Shown here: positions 15,609 to 16,606 of the stretch, one piece after another
Numbering within the stretch: position 1 is the first letter of the stretch
Layout of the letters: every line of letters begins with the position of its first letter
Assembly (NCBI GenBank): GCA_016287855.1
Contig: JAEEXS010000027.1
Coordinates: forward strand, 1-16,606
Direction of reading: 5' to 3'
DNA length: 16,606 nt
Source of the DNA: Clostridia bacterium
GTDB lineage: Bacteria; Bacillota; Clostridia; TANB77; RGIG9151
The notes under the pieces: model-generated
What the model was told of the DNA's origin: nothing
Database searches by the model: none
What the model saw: the letters and a program-made list of their open reading frames with translations, nothing else
Translations under genes and position numbers: made by a program

Positions 15609-15989
15609 ATGGAAACATCAAATGAAGTAAAAATTCTTAGTATGTTGGGTGAAGTTAATAATAAACTTAATAGTTTGGAAGTAGAATTAAAAAGAGAAAT
15701 AAATGGAGTAAGAGAAGAATTAAAAGGAGAGATAAGTGGGGTAAGAGAAGAATTAAAAGGAGAAATAAATGGAGTAAAAGAAGAACTAAATGAAACAAAA
15801 GTGGAATTAAAAGGAATGAAAGAAATTATGTTCAAAAATTTCGCTGCTTTGGCGGATACTCAAGTAACTACATATAACAAACTAAATGAGATATCAGATA
15901 GCTTAAAAAATATTGAATTTAGAGTAGGGGTTACTGAGGCTGGAGTCAGTTTAAATGCTAAAGAAATACAAGGAATAAGAAATATATAA
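15609..15989 (+). CDS. Hypothetical soluble protein with 11-residue tandem repeats (predicted helical/coiled-coil)
   Basis: GAGAGGGA RBS before the ATG at 15609. No TM segment or signal peptide. Contains ELK(R/G)EI(N/S)GV(R/K)E repeats. I recognise no enzymatic motif. Confidence 0.6.
   Translation: METSNEVKILSMLGEVNNKLNSLEVELKREINGVREELKGEISGVREELKGEINGVKEELNETKVELKGMKEIMFKNFAALADTQVTTYNKLNEISDSLKNIEFRVGVTEAGVSLNAKEIQGIRNI
15684..15815 (+). repeat. In-frame 33-bp tandem repeat, 3 close copies plus 1 degenerate
   Basis: Units at 15684-15716, 15717-15749 and 15750-15782 (2-4 differences in 33 by hand for unit 1 versus 2 and unit 1 versus 3), plus a degenerate unit at 15783-15815. Confidence 0.85.
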
Positions 15990-16019
15990 AAAATAGGGAA
16001 TTAGATTCCCTATTTTTTT
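15988..16019. terminator. Bidirectional terminator between convergent genes
   Basis: ATAGGGAAT (15993-16001) pairs with ATTCCCTAT (16005-16013) around a 3-nt loop. It is flanked by an A-run (15988-15993) and a T-run (16013-16019), so it reads as stem plus U-tract on both strands. Confidence 0.85.
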
Positions 16020-16227
16020 ATTTCCAAAGATCATTCATCTTTTTTTCAATTCTTTCTTTTATTTCATCATTTGGGAGTATTGTAACAATACCATCTACGA
16101 ATTCAATCAGGTCGCCAGAGTGAATTTCAGGCGGGAAGAGGGTTCGATCTAAATTTATAATTTCGTTCGAATTATATTGTTCACAAACAACATATTCGCC
16201 TTCGGCTCTATCTATAATCAGTTTCAT
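16018..16227 (-). CDS. DUF3006 domain-containing small protein
   Basis: 69 aa. 'IIDRAEGEYVVCE.......I.L.R..FP.EI.SGDLIE......I' matches my memory of the DUF3006 pattern. It sits immediately downstream of an MBL-fold gene, which is the usual partner. The start is 4 nt after the upstream stop. Confidence 0.7.
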   Translation of the reverse strand: MKLIIDRAEGEYVVCEQYNSNEIINLDRTLFPPEIHSGDLIEFVDGIVTILPNDEIKERIEKKMNDLWK

Positions 16228-16231
16228 AATA

Positions 16232-16606
16232 TTATTCCCCCTTTTGCAGTTTTATATTTATGTTTTCTCCATCTGAGGAAAGTATTATAGTTCCATTTAA
16301 ATCAGTTCTATAAGTTTTTATTCCAAGTCTATTAAGCCGCTTTATAATCTTTGAATGAGGATGCCAATAGTCATTATCTTTACCAACAGATATAATTGCA
16401 AGGTCTGGATCAACAGCTTTTAGAAACTTCTCAGATGAAGAGGTAGAAGAACCATGGTGACCTAATTTTATAACATTAGATTTTAATTCATATTTTGAAT
16501 TTAACATATCATTTTCATTTTCAATTTCAGCATCTGCACAAAATATAAAGCTATTTTCCCCATATACAAGTCTAATTACAACAAAGAATAAATTAAGATT
16601 TTCAAT
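16232..16606 (-). CDS. MBL-fold metallo-hydrolase, ComEC C-terminal-domain-like (N-terminal part lies beyond the window)
   Basis: On the - strand the frame stays open to the window end (IENLNLFFVVIRLVYGENSFIFCADAEIENENDMLN...), so the Met at 16507 is internal. 'LKLGHHGSSTSSS..FL.AV.PDLAIISVGKDN.YWHPH..II.RL...GIKTYRTDLNGTI' is the typical C-terminal half of this family. Confidence 0.75.
   Translation of the reverse strand: MENLNLFFVVIRLVYGENSFIFCADAEIENENDMLNSKYELKSNVIKLGHHGSSTSSSEKFLKAVDPDLAIISVGKDNDYWHPHSKIIKRLNRLGIKTYRTDLNGTIILSSDGENINIKLQKGE

Noticed and set aside
15587-15835. Antisense 82-aa ORF opposite the repeat-protein gene.
   Set aside because: It is a mirror image of the 33-bp repeat region with a low-complexity S/F/P translation and no RBS. 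The + strand ORF has a good RBS and a terminator.

Overview
AT-rich window (G+C looks like roughly one third by eye, not computed). It has the gene content and order of the core chromosome of an endospore-forming Firmicute, most likely Clostridia-like. Twenty consecutive genes lie on the + strand. They are: a 5'-truncated DUF2298/YYY polytopic membrane protein, a PBP5-type D-Ala-D-Ala carboxypeptidase, a TcdA/ThiF-family dehydratase, a NodB polysaccharide deacetylase, a small anchored protein, cmk, a PlsC-family acyltransferase, ispH, rpsA (S1), typA/bipA, a pro-sigma-E-type sporulation sigma factor, asp23, nusB, xseA, xseB, ispA, a divergent-PAP2 (YuiD-like) protein, a small 2-TM protein and a repeat-containing coiled-coil protein. 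A bidirectional terminator follows, and then a convergent DUF3006 / ComEC-C-like MBL-fold hydrolase pair on the - strand, truncated at the window end. I see no tRNA, rRNA, CRISPR array, transposase, integrase or recognisable defence or toxin genes. I do not see a convincing multi-gene novel system, because most of the window is conserved housekeeping and sporulation synteny. Six things are worth a second look: (1) a stand-alone pro-sigma-E gene with its own terminators, without the usual flanking spoIIGA and sigG, and with an over-spaced promoter candidate; (2) unusually long perfect AT-rich inverted repeats with 20-25 nt loops at 3036-3096 and 11530-11589, plus a hairpin at 1823-1858 that occludes the carboxypeptidase RBS; (3) a two-gene uncharacterised cassette (2-TM protein plus an 11-residue-repeat protein) where dxs would be expected after ispA; (4) a 42-bp x4 acidic tandem-repeat tail on S1; (5) the DUF3006-MBL module; (6) an HX4E variant in the acyltransferase motif. 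All family assignments rest on motifs I recognised in the supplied translations. No database search was run.
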